Made by a program: the position numbers and the translations under genes. This document shows, one piece after another, positions 29,191 to 39,573 of a DNA stretch of 64,000 nucleotides (position 1 is its first letter; every line of letters starts with the position of its first letter). This stretch comes from Schmidtea polychroa (taxonomy: Eukaryota): assembly GCA_044892525.1 (NCBI GenBank), contig CM097886.1:104904001-104968000 (forward strand), written 5' to 3'. The notes under the pieces were generated by a model that had not been told where the DNA came from, ran no database searches, and worked only from the letters and a program-made list of their open reading frames with translations.

Positions 29191-29670
29191 CTAACTGAAA
29201 TAGATTGTGTGCTTCTCTTTTATTACACATGTGCACATAGAACAACGGATTAAATTGGCGGCGCATTCGTCACAATTACTAAGGTGCCCACAAGGTAGAA
29301 TCAGAGTTTTGACAGGTCGCATCTTGCAAATGTTACAAATTCTCAAGGCCGCTGCTTTCTCTACTATTGATGTTCGTATCCGCTGAGACAGAGTTTTGAC
29401 TTGTTCGCGTATCCTCACATATTCGATGTTCAGAGCGGGGTCGTCGAGTCGTTGCTGCATCCATTGGTAATGGGTAGACAAGTCAGTGTTGGTAGTTGTT
29501 GATCCTAATCTGTCGGTTAGAAAGTTTTGTTTGGATATCAGCGGTGCGTTGTGGCGTTGTTGCTCTAAGAGTTCTATTTGTTTCAGTTTCTCTCTTAATA
29601 TCTTTATCGAATCATTTTCTATGTCGATGAATCTGCTTAGCTGTTGTAGATGTTTTCTAGCTTCCGACAT
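29191..29670 (-). CDS. Coiled-coil + C-terminal IAP/Mdm2-type C3HC4 RING protein (putative E3 ligase)
   Basis: CNICKMRPVKTLILPCGHLSNCDECAANLIRCSMCTCVIKEKHTIYFS. The terminal RING plus hydrophobic tail is typical of IAP-like RINGs. No BIR domain. Confidence 0.88.
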   Translation of the reverse strand: MSEARKHLQQLSRFIDIENDSIKILREKLKQIELLEQQRHNAPLISKQNFLTDRLGSTTTNTDLSTHYQWMQQRLDDPALNIEYVRIREQVKTLSQRIRTSIVEKAAALRICNICKMRPVKTLILPCGHLSNCDECAANLIRCSMCTCVIKEKHTIYFS

Positions 29671-30107
29671 ATCTAAATGAAGGTGTTGTTATTATTTTGT
29701 TCCTGCTGGTATTAACAATAATATTATTATGTTTGTATTTAATATTCGTTGACTTTTATGTGTTAGTGTTTTAACTTTTGTATTTTATTCGATCTTTGAA
29801 ATTCCTCTTTCATATTTTTTCGCTTTAATCATTTACTTTCTTTCGTCCCCCCTTTTATTTTAACCAGTTAATATTAACTACAATAACTAATTCCCGTTTT
29901 CTTTTCTCATCATGCCTCATCACATTCATTCCAACTCATTTAGGTTCGTTTCATTCACCACATACTCTATTTCAAACTCAGACAGTTCGTATCATTTCAT
30001 TGCGCTATAATTCGTTTCAGCCCCGATTCCATTCTTATCATAATTAATTAGATTGTTAATCTAACACATCATAACACAAAAATAGACAATCAAACAAATC
30101 ACTGTAA

Positions 30108-30125
30108 ATCCCGGCTGAGCCCCCA
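30108..30125 (-). promoter_or_regulatory. Primer-binding site, tRNA-Pro type (TGGGGGCTCAGCCGGGAT)
   Basis: Matches the classical tRNA-Pro PBS TGGGGGCTCGTCCGGGAT at 16/18 positions. Starts 7 nt after the 5' LTR. Confidence 0.85.
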
Positions 30126-30132
30126 AAAATCA

Positions 30133-33100
30133 TGTTGGCGTATGTGGAGAAGAGAGAAAAATATGCATGCCTTTCCATCACACCTATCAAGCATCATCAC
30201 TCCGTTATACATTTTCTACACATACTCCAGATGATTGATCGCATATTCCCACATATGAGCCCATGGTGATGTTCCATGTTGGTGCTGCTCACACGGGTCG
30301 GAAAAGGTTAGCAGGTGAGCCCCTGCCTTAGGACTACTCCTAACCCTTTCTCGGTTCGGGTCCTACGGTGCCTTAGAAGGTCTTACCCACATACATGCGT
30401 ATCACTCGGTCTGATCCTGGTCCAAAGGAACAACCTTCAACCCTAATTACCTTCATTCCGCAGCATTATCTCATCTACTCTAATTGCACAAACAAATGTA
30501 TGAAAACTTGACAAAACTGAAATCAAACAGAAAATTTTATTGACACTGAAACGATAAAAATATCATTACCACTAACAGATCAACAGCAGTCAAAAATATA
30601 TAACATTAGCAGAATTCACAAGGTAATTTACAACTCGATGAAGAAAAAATCAAGCTCAATTGTACGTCGCGTTAGACAAAGTCATCCCCACCTGCAAGCA
30701 TCTCATCTATGTCGACCGGTAATCGGCTATCTACAATATATTTGATGCCCCCGGCCGGAACAATGCGGAAGACTTCTTTCGAGGGGATTGAATGGGTGGA
30801 CGATATTTCTTGGATTTTTGATTGCGCCGCCGATAAGGACGCCTCGAGTGCTGTCATCGCATCTCGGCGTTTTTGATTCTTCTCGGCTCGAGTTGGCCGT
30901 TTCCGTTTGCGAGGTGGCAGATTATCTCCTACAGCCGTGGTGACACTAGATGCCACGAGAATTGGAGCCAGAATTGGGTCCGAAGGACCGCCTACCTTTG
31001 GCTGATGGCCTGACAACACTGGGGCTGGAATGGGCGGCAGTTGTGAGCCGTGCCCCTGACAGTTCGAGCTGGAAGATGTAGAAGACTGGTGGTGAAGGGG
31101 AAAGACATTCATCCCATCCAGAACGGGAAATTCTCGCACCCGCTTCGCCAGTTCTGCCTCCGTATATACTTTATGGAGGGCTTCTGATTGTGCTTTGATA
31201 GTGAGCCGCTGGCAACGGCTTTCCTCTAGCAGGCTGTCCCTGCAATGCTCCAATCGGAGAATTTTCTTGCGTTCCTCTTTCATTTGTGGCGGGGAGAACC
31301 ACGTTCCTTCATAGAGATCAATTCTCTTTTTGAGAGCCCCGATATATAAGTGAAGTTGGGCGATATCCGCGTTCTTGTCCGCACAAGAAAAACACGGGCG
31401 AAGTTCTTTGGCGTTGTTGTACGATGTAGCCATCTAGAAAATCAATCATTGTTTATGTTTACTCGAAAAACCTCTATCAGTGCGATAAAAATCAAATTTT
31501 GGGGCATGGTTTTGGAGTTTTATCAAACATACCACCCAACAATGACCCACAGACCTCTTCATCCATCTCTATTCGCAGTCATTCAGTTGCAAGCATTCAA
31601 ATCTCTTCACCTGATTCGTGTAAATTAAGAAAAGCAAACGGGGATTTCATGCACAAAATTCTCCCTCTCTAAACCTCGCCCTTTGGATTTGTTTTCGGAT
31701 GGGACAATTCCCAGGTAAAGCTCGTCTTTTACTTTATTCCCTTCAACCTTGTTCCCCTTAGTATATTTTTATTTAAAAATTTGCCGATATCATTATGGCA
31801 ATCCGTCGATGTAGGCGTACCTAAAATTACAGAGAAATAATTCACGGCGACGGAATAGATTATTTATGTTTTTATCTCGTTCAAAATTATGGAATTGATC
31901 ATGTAATCAGTTGAAAATTCAGCTCTAAATCTACATCTAATTAATTCCAATAACGCGTCGAAATCGTCGTCATGGAAAACGTTTACTTGTGATTATGCAT
32001 TATGACTGAATGTGTAGGTGTGTCATTACTCCTGGTGGTATCTGTAACTGTATGTTGGCTATCACCGCGAATGATGGTTTATGCTGTTATGAGAAATTAT
32101 TATATATCGAGTTGTGTAGGGGAAATCCATTCCTTTACTTCATCCTATTATCTCGCTGTTCTAGAAAAGTTCATATTATCATGCCGCTATTACATCACCA
32201 AAAATCGTGGATTTACTTTTACACTGCCCTATGTAGACTTGACTGTGGTGTGCGTGTGTATGTGCATTCTCAAGTCGGAATAATATGGGTTGCGTAATAG
32301 ATTCCTCAAACAAGCAGCCGTAGACGAATCGGAAAGTCAGATTAATCAATCTGAGTAGGCGACAAATTAGTAGATTATTGAGTAAGCTCGATGTTATTAT
32401 CTAATTCTCTTTCACGATATTAATTCAGGCCAATGACTATCAGCTTATCCATTTGACATTTCTCCAGAAAACCGACACGTTATCTCTTTCTCTAGGACAT
32501 TATCCGCTATCTCCTGTCGACTAACTCTACGCTGGCTAATGTAAATCAACTGATTTCGTTATCGTTGGCAACTATTGCCTGCGAGCTCGAAGTGAGGATT
32601 TTGATAATTTCACTGCAAGATGTTTACTTTCCTGTCAGCGAGAGATTTTTTATCACTGGCATCGGCGATTCAAGGACGACAGTTCCATCGTAAGAGTACA
32701 TCGATAATGGATGTAGCCGCTAACGTTTTGACGGCACAAATCAGACAGAGCCTTGCAAATGCAGTACGTTGCAGAAAAATCGTTGGATTTACTCGCAATC
32801 TATGGTCAACACTGTTCTTTCCCAACTACGTCGATCGAAAGGCTGAATATCATGAAAAATTTTCTCCTAGCTATGTGGATTATTATCGAATCAGTATGAA
32901 CGTCAATGCCAATCTCGATCTGAATTATCTGCATTCGAAATTTAAATCATCTCTACAACTATTGGAAATCTCGGTGTGACTAACTGAACCGATGGTACGC
33001 TCTATGGACGATCGCGCTTGATGAAGGAAATTTCACTTCCCAACTGGATTTTCCACCTACTGAGTTTCTTCACCCCTCATGACACACCCAAGAAGGCATT

Positions 33101-34361
33101 CATTGCTGCCACCTTCTTGCACCGTCATGAGGGACCAATCAACTCGTTTCCATTCAATTAAATCAACAATAAAATAATCAAAATGAATGATGGGTAAATG
33201 CATAAATAAAATTTACCCGGCGACCATATCATTTGGACTCCAAGTATGATGTTGCTCATCCTACATAATCGAAACCTCATCGTCTCCTTGGTGGATCTCT
33301 AATATGACAACTACCACTCTCTGTAAATATCGCATTCGCATTTCAGCATGTTCGTGATTTCTTATGAAGACCAACCTTCTACTGTGGTGGTTCTCTACCG
33401 CAGTACAATTCCAACTCGTCCACATCATACTGGGAGTTCTCAGATGGTACAGTCGCCGGCACCATGAAGAAAGGCAGCTTTTCATTTAAATAAATTTATT
33501 GTATGAAATTGTTTTTATTATATTTATAACCATTAACGAAATTAAACTAACAACCATAAATAAAGCAACTGTCGAGACATACCTTGAGTTTCGAAAACTG
33601 GAGTTAAATCGGTTGAATTTAAAATTTGTCCTGAATAGATTTGTGGTTTGGCCTCTATATATTCCTTCCTCGGTTTGGTTTGGTAGTCTCTGAACTAGTT
33701 CGCTGTAGGATAATTTAGTCAAAGGTTCCGAAATCTGTAAAGTCTGTAGAATATTTTTTAAAAGTGGTCATAACGAACCAAAGTTTACCTGTAGAATATT
33801 TTTTAAAAGTGGTACTCTACAGATATTTTCCGTTCCTTATATATTATTTTTCGTCCAATCAGGACACGACTTGTTTGTATTTTTACTATTTATTATTATT
33901 TTTATGTTTTTTATTATAATATATTAGATTTTAATGACTTAACTTATTTCTTATTATTATTTTATTTATTTTCTTATTTTTATTATTTTCCTCCTATTTT
34001 TCCTGTGGATTTATTGCTACTTTATTGTAATATAATTTTTTGTTTTAATTAGACTTAAAGATAGTTTTATTTTTATTTATTTCTTAAATTTCTCGTTTAT
34101 TTGTTGTCACTTTTTTACTTATTCTATTCTATTTCATCTGCTGGGTCCTAAATCGCTTTATTTCTAAATCTTAAGGGGTTTATTGGGTTTTATTTAGTTT
34201 GTTTTACTTATTCTTATTCTCTTATTGATATTTTATTGTTCCTTTTTGATTTATTAGTGGGAATTTGATGGTACTTTATATTTTTATTTTATTTCGTTTA
34301 TTTTTCAAGGATTACTTTTCTATTCGCTCCAGTTTTCGAAACTCCGCGTTTTAGCCCAACA
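30133..34361 (-). repeat. 5' LTR (4,229 bp)
   Basis: Near-identical to 3997-8225; I saw one substitution (ccctgtctc ~4212 vs ccctttctc ~30348). Followed on the - strand by the PBS. Confidence 0.97.
30672..31433 (-). CDS. LTR-encoded 253-aa protein (copy in 5' LTR)
   Basis: Translation identical to 4536-5297. Confidence 0.65.
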   Translation of the reverse strand: MATSYNNAKELRPCFSCADKNADIAQLHLYIGALKKRIDLYEGTWFSPPQMKEERKKILRLEHCRDSLLEESRCQRLTIKAQSEALHKVYTEAELAKRVREFPVLDGMNVFPLHHQSSTSSSSNCQGHGSQLPPIPAPVLSGHQPKVGGPSDPILAPILVASSVTTAVGDNLPPRKRKRPTRAEKNQKRRDAMTALEASLSAAQSKIQEISSTHSIPSKEVFRIVPAGGIKYIVDSRLPVDIDEMLAGGDDFV

Positions 34362-35430
34362 GTGGTTATGAGTAGATAGATTGGGTACCGCTGGCACAGG
34401 GCACTGCTGGCACAGGGTACGGCTAGAACACCTACCCCCGACTGGAAAATTTGTCTCGTATGACTCATCAAGGTCATTTAAACAAAGGCAATGGCTCATT
34501 TGATGACTCATCCAGGTCGAATGACTCATCCTATGACTCCGCAAGGTCAAGTTTTCAAGGTCATTTAAACAAAGTCCATGACTCATCAAGGTCATTCCAA
34601 GGTCGTATGACTCATCCAGAGTCATTTTCAAGGTCATATGACTATTTTATTATTATATTTTAAAATATTATTTTTTCAAGGACAAAATTTTTTATCAAGT
34701 CACACTTTTTTTTAAAATTAAAATTGACAGAGTTCCCGACATCATTGTATGATGGCTAAATTTATAGCCCAATGCAAGACCATTNNNNNNNNNNNNNNNN
34801 NNNNNNNNNNNNNNNNNNNNNNNNNNNNNNNNNNNNNNNNNNNNNNNNNNNNNNNNNNNNNNNNNNNNNNNNNNNNNNNNNNNNNNNNNNNNNNNNNNNN
34901 NNNNNNNNNNNNNNNNNNNNNNNNNNNNNNNNNNNNNNNNNNNNNNNNNNNNNNNNNNNNNNNNNNNNNNNNNNNNNNNNNNNNNNNNNNNNNNNNNNNN
35001 NNNNNNNNNNNNNNNNNNNNNNNNNNNTCCGAGTTTATCCGACAAAATATTCTGTCCCCCTATGAGTATTTGTCGTAAGGGTACTGCTCACGCTCAACGC
35101 AAGGGTATTGTTTCTGTCTAATACAATTATTCAGAAGAGAAATTTTCTCAATTTTATTTACTTTAAAGCGAAATATCGCCGAGAGAAAAAAATTAGGGAA
35201 AGTGTAATTTGTACTCTGCACATGATTTTTGCATGAGTCCTATTCAAATGAAATATTACAAGTTATTATTGTTCAAACATAGCTAAACGTTAATTTATAT
35301 TGGCAAATAATAAGTTGGAATTAATGCCATCGAATTTGTATGAGACTTTGATTTTTGATCAAAATATAATTAATTTTCCTTGGGTCGAATAGAATTTATG
35401 TCATAAAAGAAACTAACAAACTTCAAAAAT

Positions 35431-35937
35431 AGTGGTTATGAGTAGATAGATTGGGTACCGCTGGCACAGGGCATTGCTGGCACAGGGCTTTGCTGGCACA
35501 GGGTACGGCTAGAACACTTACCCCTGACTGGAAAATTTGTCTCGTATGACTCATCAAGGTCATTTAAACAAAGACAATGACTCATCTGATGACTCATCCA
35601 GGTCGCATGACTCATCCCATGACTCCGCAAGGTCAAGTTTTCAAGGTCATTTAAACAAAGTCCATGACTCATCAGTAGGTAGATGGGAGCCCGCTGGCAC
35701 AAAGACCTATGACTCATCACCTTTCAGTGATGACTCATCGATTGATGACTCGTCGTGTAGAGAGTGAGTCAGGGGTCACGTGGGTGTATCATATGTGTGT
35801 GTGTATGACTCATGGTCTTTGTTCTACAACGGTTCAAACCCATCATGTCGGGTGAAAAGCATGAGTCATATATATTTTTCAAAACAAAGACATGTAACCC
35901 CCCCCCATAATAGCAAAAAATTTTTATGACTCATATT
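35431..35937 (+). repeat. AP-1-motif-rich terminal segment; candidate left end of the outer Polinton-like element
   Basis: Begins AGTGGTTATGAG exactly where the duplicated flank (2487/35430) is interrupted. About ten TGACTCA/TGAGTCA motifs; runs into the satellite that resumes at 51099. Confidence 0.55.
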
Positions 35938-36181
35938 AGTAGTGGTTATAAGACCCTCACAGACACAACCCTCCTGGTTAAAGCTGCTTCCAAACACTTA
36001 ATATATACTAATAACACCCCTAATTTTTACACTTTTAACTCTTTTAGACCCCTTATTTTTAACACAAAAAAGCCGAGGGTTTTTGTTTTCAAGCCCTATA
36101 AACATAAGAAAAAAGGAGAAGAGATGGAATTTAGCAAACTACCAAAGGGGTTATGTCCGTGAGGGTCTTATAACCACTACT
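35938..36181 (+). repeat. Left terminal 244-bp module with its own 23-bp inverted ends
   Basis: AGTAGTGGTTATAAGACCCTCAC (35938-35960) and its reverse complement (36159-36181). Confidence 0.9.
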
Positions 36182-36877
36182 TATAGCATTGTGTTGGCAA
36201 GCCGCCAAGTTGGCAAAATGCTAACTAAAATTATAAATATTTTAAAAATCTTAATCTTGATGTCTTGAAGAATAAAAAAATTTATGAAATAGTAAAACTG
36301 CTCTGAGAGGACAGTGGTATTTTTTTTTCACTGTCCTCTCAACAGTTTTTTTGATACGGATCATTTTCAACCTCTTTCGTTTATCAAATCTCTTCCAATA
36401 TACAAGCTGGCTAGACTCATACATCAGAATCAATTCGATAATAGCAGCCTTATTATTGGTGTTTTAAGCGTGCTGCTCGAAAGTACAAATGAATTCGAAA
36501 GCGAATCCGAAAGAGGTCCGAAAACAACTGAGAAACATTTCGAAATAAATGTGCACATTATGGGATCGATCCGGCGTGTGTTCGAAAGACTGGTGGCGAT
36601 AAATACCGGTTCACCACAACACCCCGTTTCAATAATTTTTTTTTTCATATTTATGTTTAAAAATTAATTAATTAATAAAAAAATAAAATAAATAAAATAA
36701 AATATAAATCTAAGATACCCACACTATTATTTTCAAATTTTTAATATTATTTTATGTTGAAAAAAAACTAACCTCAGATGTGATTTGAACCACTAGCATT
36801 TGAACCACTATGTCAGTCTAGCCCACTGCGCTATCGGTGTTCGAATTTTTGTTATTTTTTAAAATTTTATTATAAAA

Positions 36878-38170
36878 ATGAATAATATAAATCTCAAAAT
36901 TCAAGAAAAAAATAAATTAAATCTTGATTATAATAAAGAATTTACTCATGAAATCAAGAAAAATGATGTACTTAAAATCTCGCCAACTTCGGGATCTATT
37001 GCAAACTTAAATCGTAGGGGAGATATAGTTTTTCAATCTCTTCAAACATCAAACCCTATAGATATTTGTAATGCCAAATTATATTATAAAATTGAATTAG
37101 AAATTGAAGCAAACAAAGATATAACCCTAGAAAATAATTTCTTTCCAAATTTATTCTCCAACATGAGATTAAAACTAGGATCATCAGAAATTGAAACTGT
37201 TTTGCATCCAGGAGTATATTCTACAATGTTAAATTTTATTTTGACTGGTTGTGATTATAAAAACGAATATGGTGAATTAACAGGTTGGATTCCTGACACT
37301 AATAAAGGGGATTTAGATAAAGATGGTTTAGATATAAATTATGGTTATTATAAAAGAGCTGAACTTTATAAATCTAAAAAATTTGAGGGTTATTTTGAAT
37401 TAAAACACTTGTTTGGATTCCTTCAAAACTATAATCGTATACTTCATAATGTTTTTATAGAATTAGTTTGTAATAGACTAGAAGGTGATAAAAGATTGTT
37501 CTATGGAGCGGCAGATACAAAAGCTAAATTAAAATTATCAACACTTGAATTACATATACCTGAATGGACATTAAATCCACATTCTGAAATCAAACTCCTT
37601 GAAAGATTAAATTCCAACAAGTCTATAAATGTAAATTATTTAAATAGAATCTGTAGTGAATTTAGTATGACAGAGGGTTCAACATATTCTATAAAGGTAG
37701 CAAATTTAGCATACCGACCAAGATATATCTTGATTGGATTCAAAGAACTAGATTCATCTTTCCAAAAAAATAACAACTTGTTTATTCAAAAGATTGGAGA
37801 TGATAATTTAAAAACAATCCAAATTCAATTAAATAGTTCTTATTATCCAATAAATAGAATGGAATTTAATATTGAAAATAATGAAAACATATTCCCATAT
37901 CTAAATTATATTGAAACATGTTATGATTTCAAAGTTGAACCACAATTAAGTTTAGAAGATTTCAAAAATTTATATTCTATATTTTGTATAAATGTTTCAG
38001 ACCAAGATGATCGCCTAGCCATAAATAATGTTGATGTTACACTTCATGTAACAAAGGATTCTAATTTTAAAGCTAAAGTATATACATTAATATTAGAAGA
38101 AAAGAAAATAGAAATGAAATTATATGGTGGAAAGATTTCAATTATTGAAAATGTTAGGGGAGATTCTTAA
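36878..38170 (+). CDS. Polinton major capsid protein (PY, double jelly-roll)
   Basis: LNRRGDIVF, ENNFFPNLFS..RLKLGSSEIE...PG motifs; size 430 aa; Polinton context. Confidence 0.8.
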   Translation: MNNINLKIQEKNKLNLDYNKEFTHEIKKNDVLKISPTSGSIANLNRRGDIVFQSLQTSNPIDICNAKLYYKIELEIEANKDITLENNFFPNLFSNMRLKLGSSEIETVLHPGVYSTMLNFILTGCDYKNEYGELTGWIPDTNKGDLDKDGLDINYGYYKRAELYKSKKFEGYFELKHLFGFLQNYNRILHNVFIELVCNRLEGDKRLFYGAADTKAKLKLSTLELHIPEWTLNPHSEIKLLERLNSNKSINVNYLNRICSEFSMTEGSTYSIKVANLAYRPRYILIGFKELDSSFQKNNNLFIQKIGDDNLKTIQIQLNSSYYPINRMEFNIENNENIFPYLNYIETCYDFKVEPQLSLEDFKNLYSIFCINVSDQDDRLAINNVDVTLHVTKDSNFKAKVYTLILEEKKIEMKLYGGKISIIENVRGDS

Positions 38171-38187
38171 TATTTTAACATTTTAAA

Positions 38188-39573
38188 ATGTCTTTAAATA
38201 AATATTGGAGATGTGAAACTTGTAATTGTCAAGTTACAAGACATCATAAAGCAAGCCATCTTAAAACTAAAAAACATACAGGAGGTGACCTAATTCCACG
38301 AGCTGGAGGCGATTTGCAATCTTCAAAAACAACATCTTCAATATTAAAACCTTTTACTACAGAAAAATATCCAGGTGAAAGACATTTATTTAAACACAAC
38401 TATACTGGACCAGGAACACGTCTAGATATTAGATTAGATGAAAATAATAATCCCAAACAAGGAGAAGAACCAATAAATAGAATTGATCAAGCAGCTTTAA
38501 AACATGATATTGCATACAATTCAGAAGATCTTAGAGATAGACATGTTGCAGATGTGAATTTAATACATGATTTAAATAGTATCCAAAATCCATCAACCCA
38601 AGAAAAGATTCAAAGAGCTCTAGTTAAATTAGCAATGAAAGGTAAGATTTTCATAGGCGCAGGACTTGGGCACCCCTACCCTAGAATAGCAAAAGATGTT
38701 GCTAATAAAAAGATCCTCGAACAAGCAGACGCTGAATCCAAGACTGATTCTTTTAAAAGCTTATTAATTCCAACAGAATCAGAAATAAAATATGCTAATG
38801 AATTACACCATGAATTTAGAAAATATAAAAAATATTTAAAAGTTCAAGTACATGTAAAAGATCAAACATGGTCTGCAGATTTAGTCTTTATGCCAACCAA
38901 ATCATCAGACCCTGAAAAATATAAAATAATTTTAACTGTAATAGATTTATATACAAGATTTGCTTTTGCAAGGTGTTTAGAAAATAAAACAGGATATTCT
39001 ATTACAGAAGCATTTGAAAATATATTTGAACAACATCAAAGAATTCCAAAATATTTATGGTGTGATAAAGGAACAGAATTTTATAACAAAGTTTTTACAA
39101 AGTTTTTAAATGAAAATGATATTAAATTATATTCAACAGAAAACGAAGGAAAAGCAGTCGTATTTGAAAGATTAAATAGAACATTAAAAAATAAAATGTG
39201 GAAATATTTTACTGCTATTGGAAAACAAAAATGGAATAATGAATTGTTACAAAAGATTGTAAATGAATATAATAATGATGTACATAGTTCTATAAAATCA
39301 ACACCTTTAAATGCTTCCTTGAATCCTTTGGAACTCATAAATCCTGTTGAAAATGATGTTTTTGAAAAACCAAAGTTTAAAATTGGTGACCGAGTAAGAA
39401 TATTTAAATACAAAAATAAATTTGAAAAAGGATTCACAGCAAAATGGACAAATGAAATTTTTATTATAAATAAAATACATTATGCAACTCCAATAACATA
39501 TAGCATCATTGATTTAAATAATGAAAAAATATTAGGTAGATTTTATAATAATGAACTACAGAAAACAAGTTAA
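38188..39573 (+). CDS. int: Zn finger - parvovirus-type phospholipase A2 - retroviral-type integrase fusion
   Basis: HNYTGPGT...DQAALKHDIAY (PLA2 Ca loop and HD); WSADL, CDKGTEF, ERLNRTLK core; PKFKIGDRVRI..FEKG...WT.EIF C-terminal domain. Confidence 0.9.
   Translation: MSLNKYWRCETCNCQVTRHHKASHLKTKKHTGGDLIPRAGGDLQSSKTTSSILKPFTTEKYPGERHLFKHNYTGPGTRLDIRLDENNNPKQGEEPINRIDQAALKHDIAYNSEDLRDRHVADVNLIHDLNSIQNPSTQEKIQRALVKLAMKGKIFIGAGLGHPYPRIAKDVANKKILEQADAESKTDSFKSLLIPTESEIKYANELHHEFRKYKKYLKVQVHVKDQTWSADLVFMPTKSSDPEKYKIILTVIDLYTRFAFARCLENKTGYSITEAFENIFEQHQRIPKYLWCDKGTEFYNKVFTKFLNENDIKLYSTENEGKAVVFERLNRTLKNKMWKYFTAIGKQKWNNELLQKIVNEYNNDVHSSIKSTPLNASLNPLELINPVENDVFEKPKFKIGDRVRIFKYKNKFEKGFTAKWTNEIFIINKIHYATPITYSIIDLNNEKILGRFYNNELQKTS

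Larger units (their letters stand above)
3997..34361 (-). mobile_element. Giant (30,365 bp) Ty3/Gypsy LTR retroelement / endogenous retrovirus-like element, Burro-like
   Basis: Paired 4,229-bp LTRs with TGTTGG...CCAACA ends, GTGG TSD (3993-3996, 34362-34365), PBS, and Gag-PR-RT-RH-IN order of the Gypsy type. Confidence 0.97.

Noticed and set aside
35926-36162. 78-aa ORF and its mirror at 50874-51101
   Set aside because: Lie within the TIR modules, start outside or at the element boundary, and match each other only because of the repeat.
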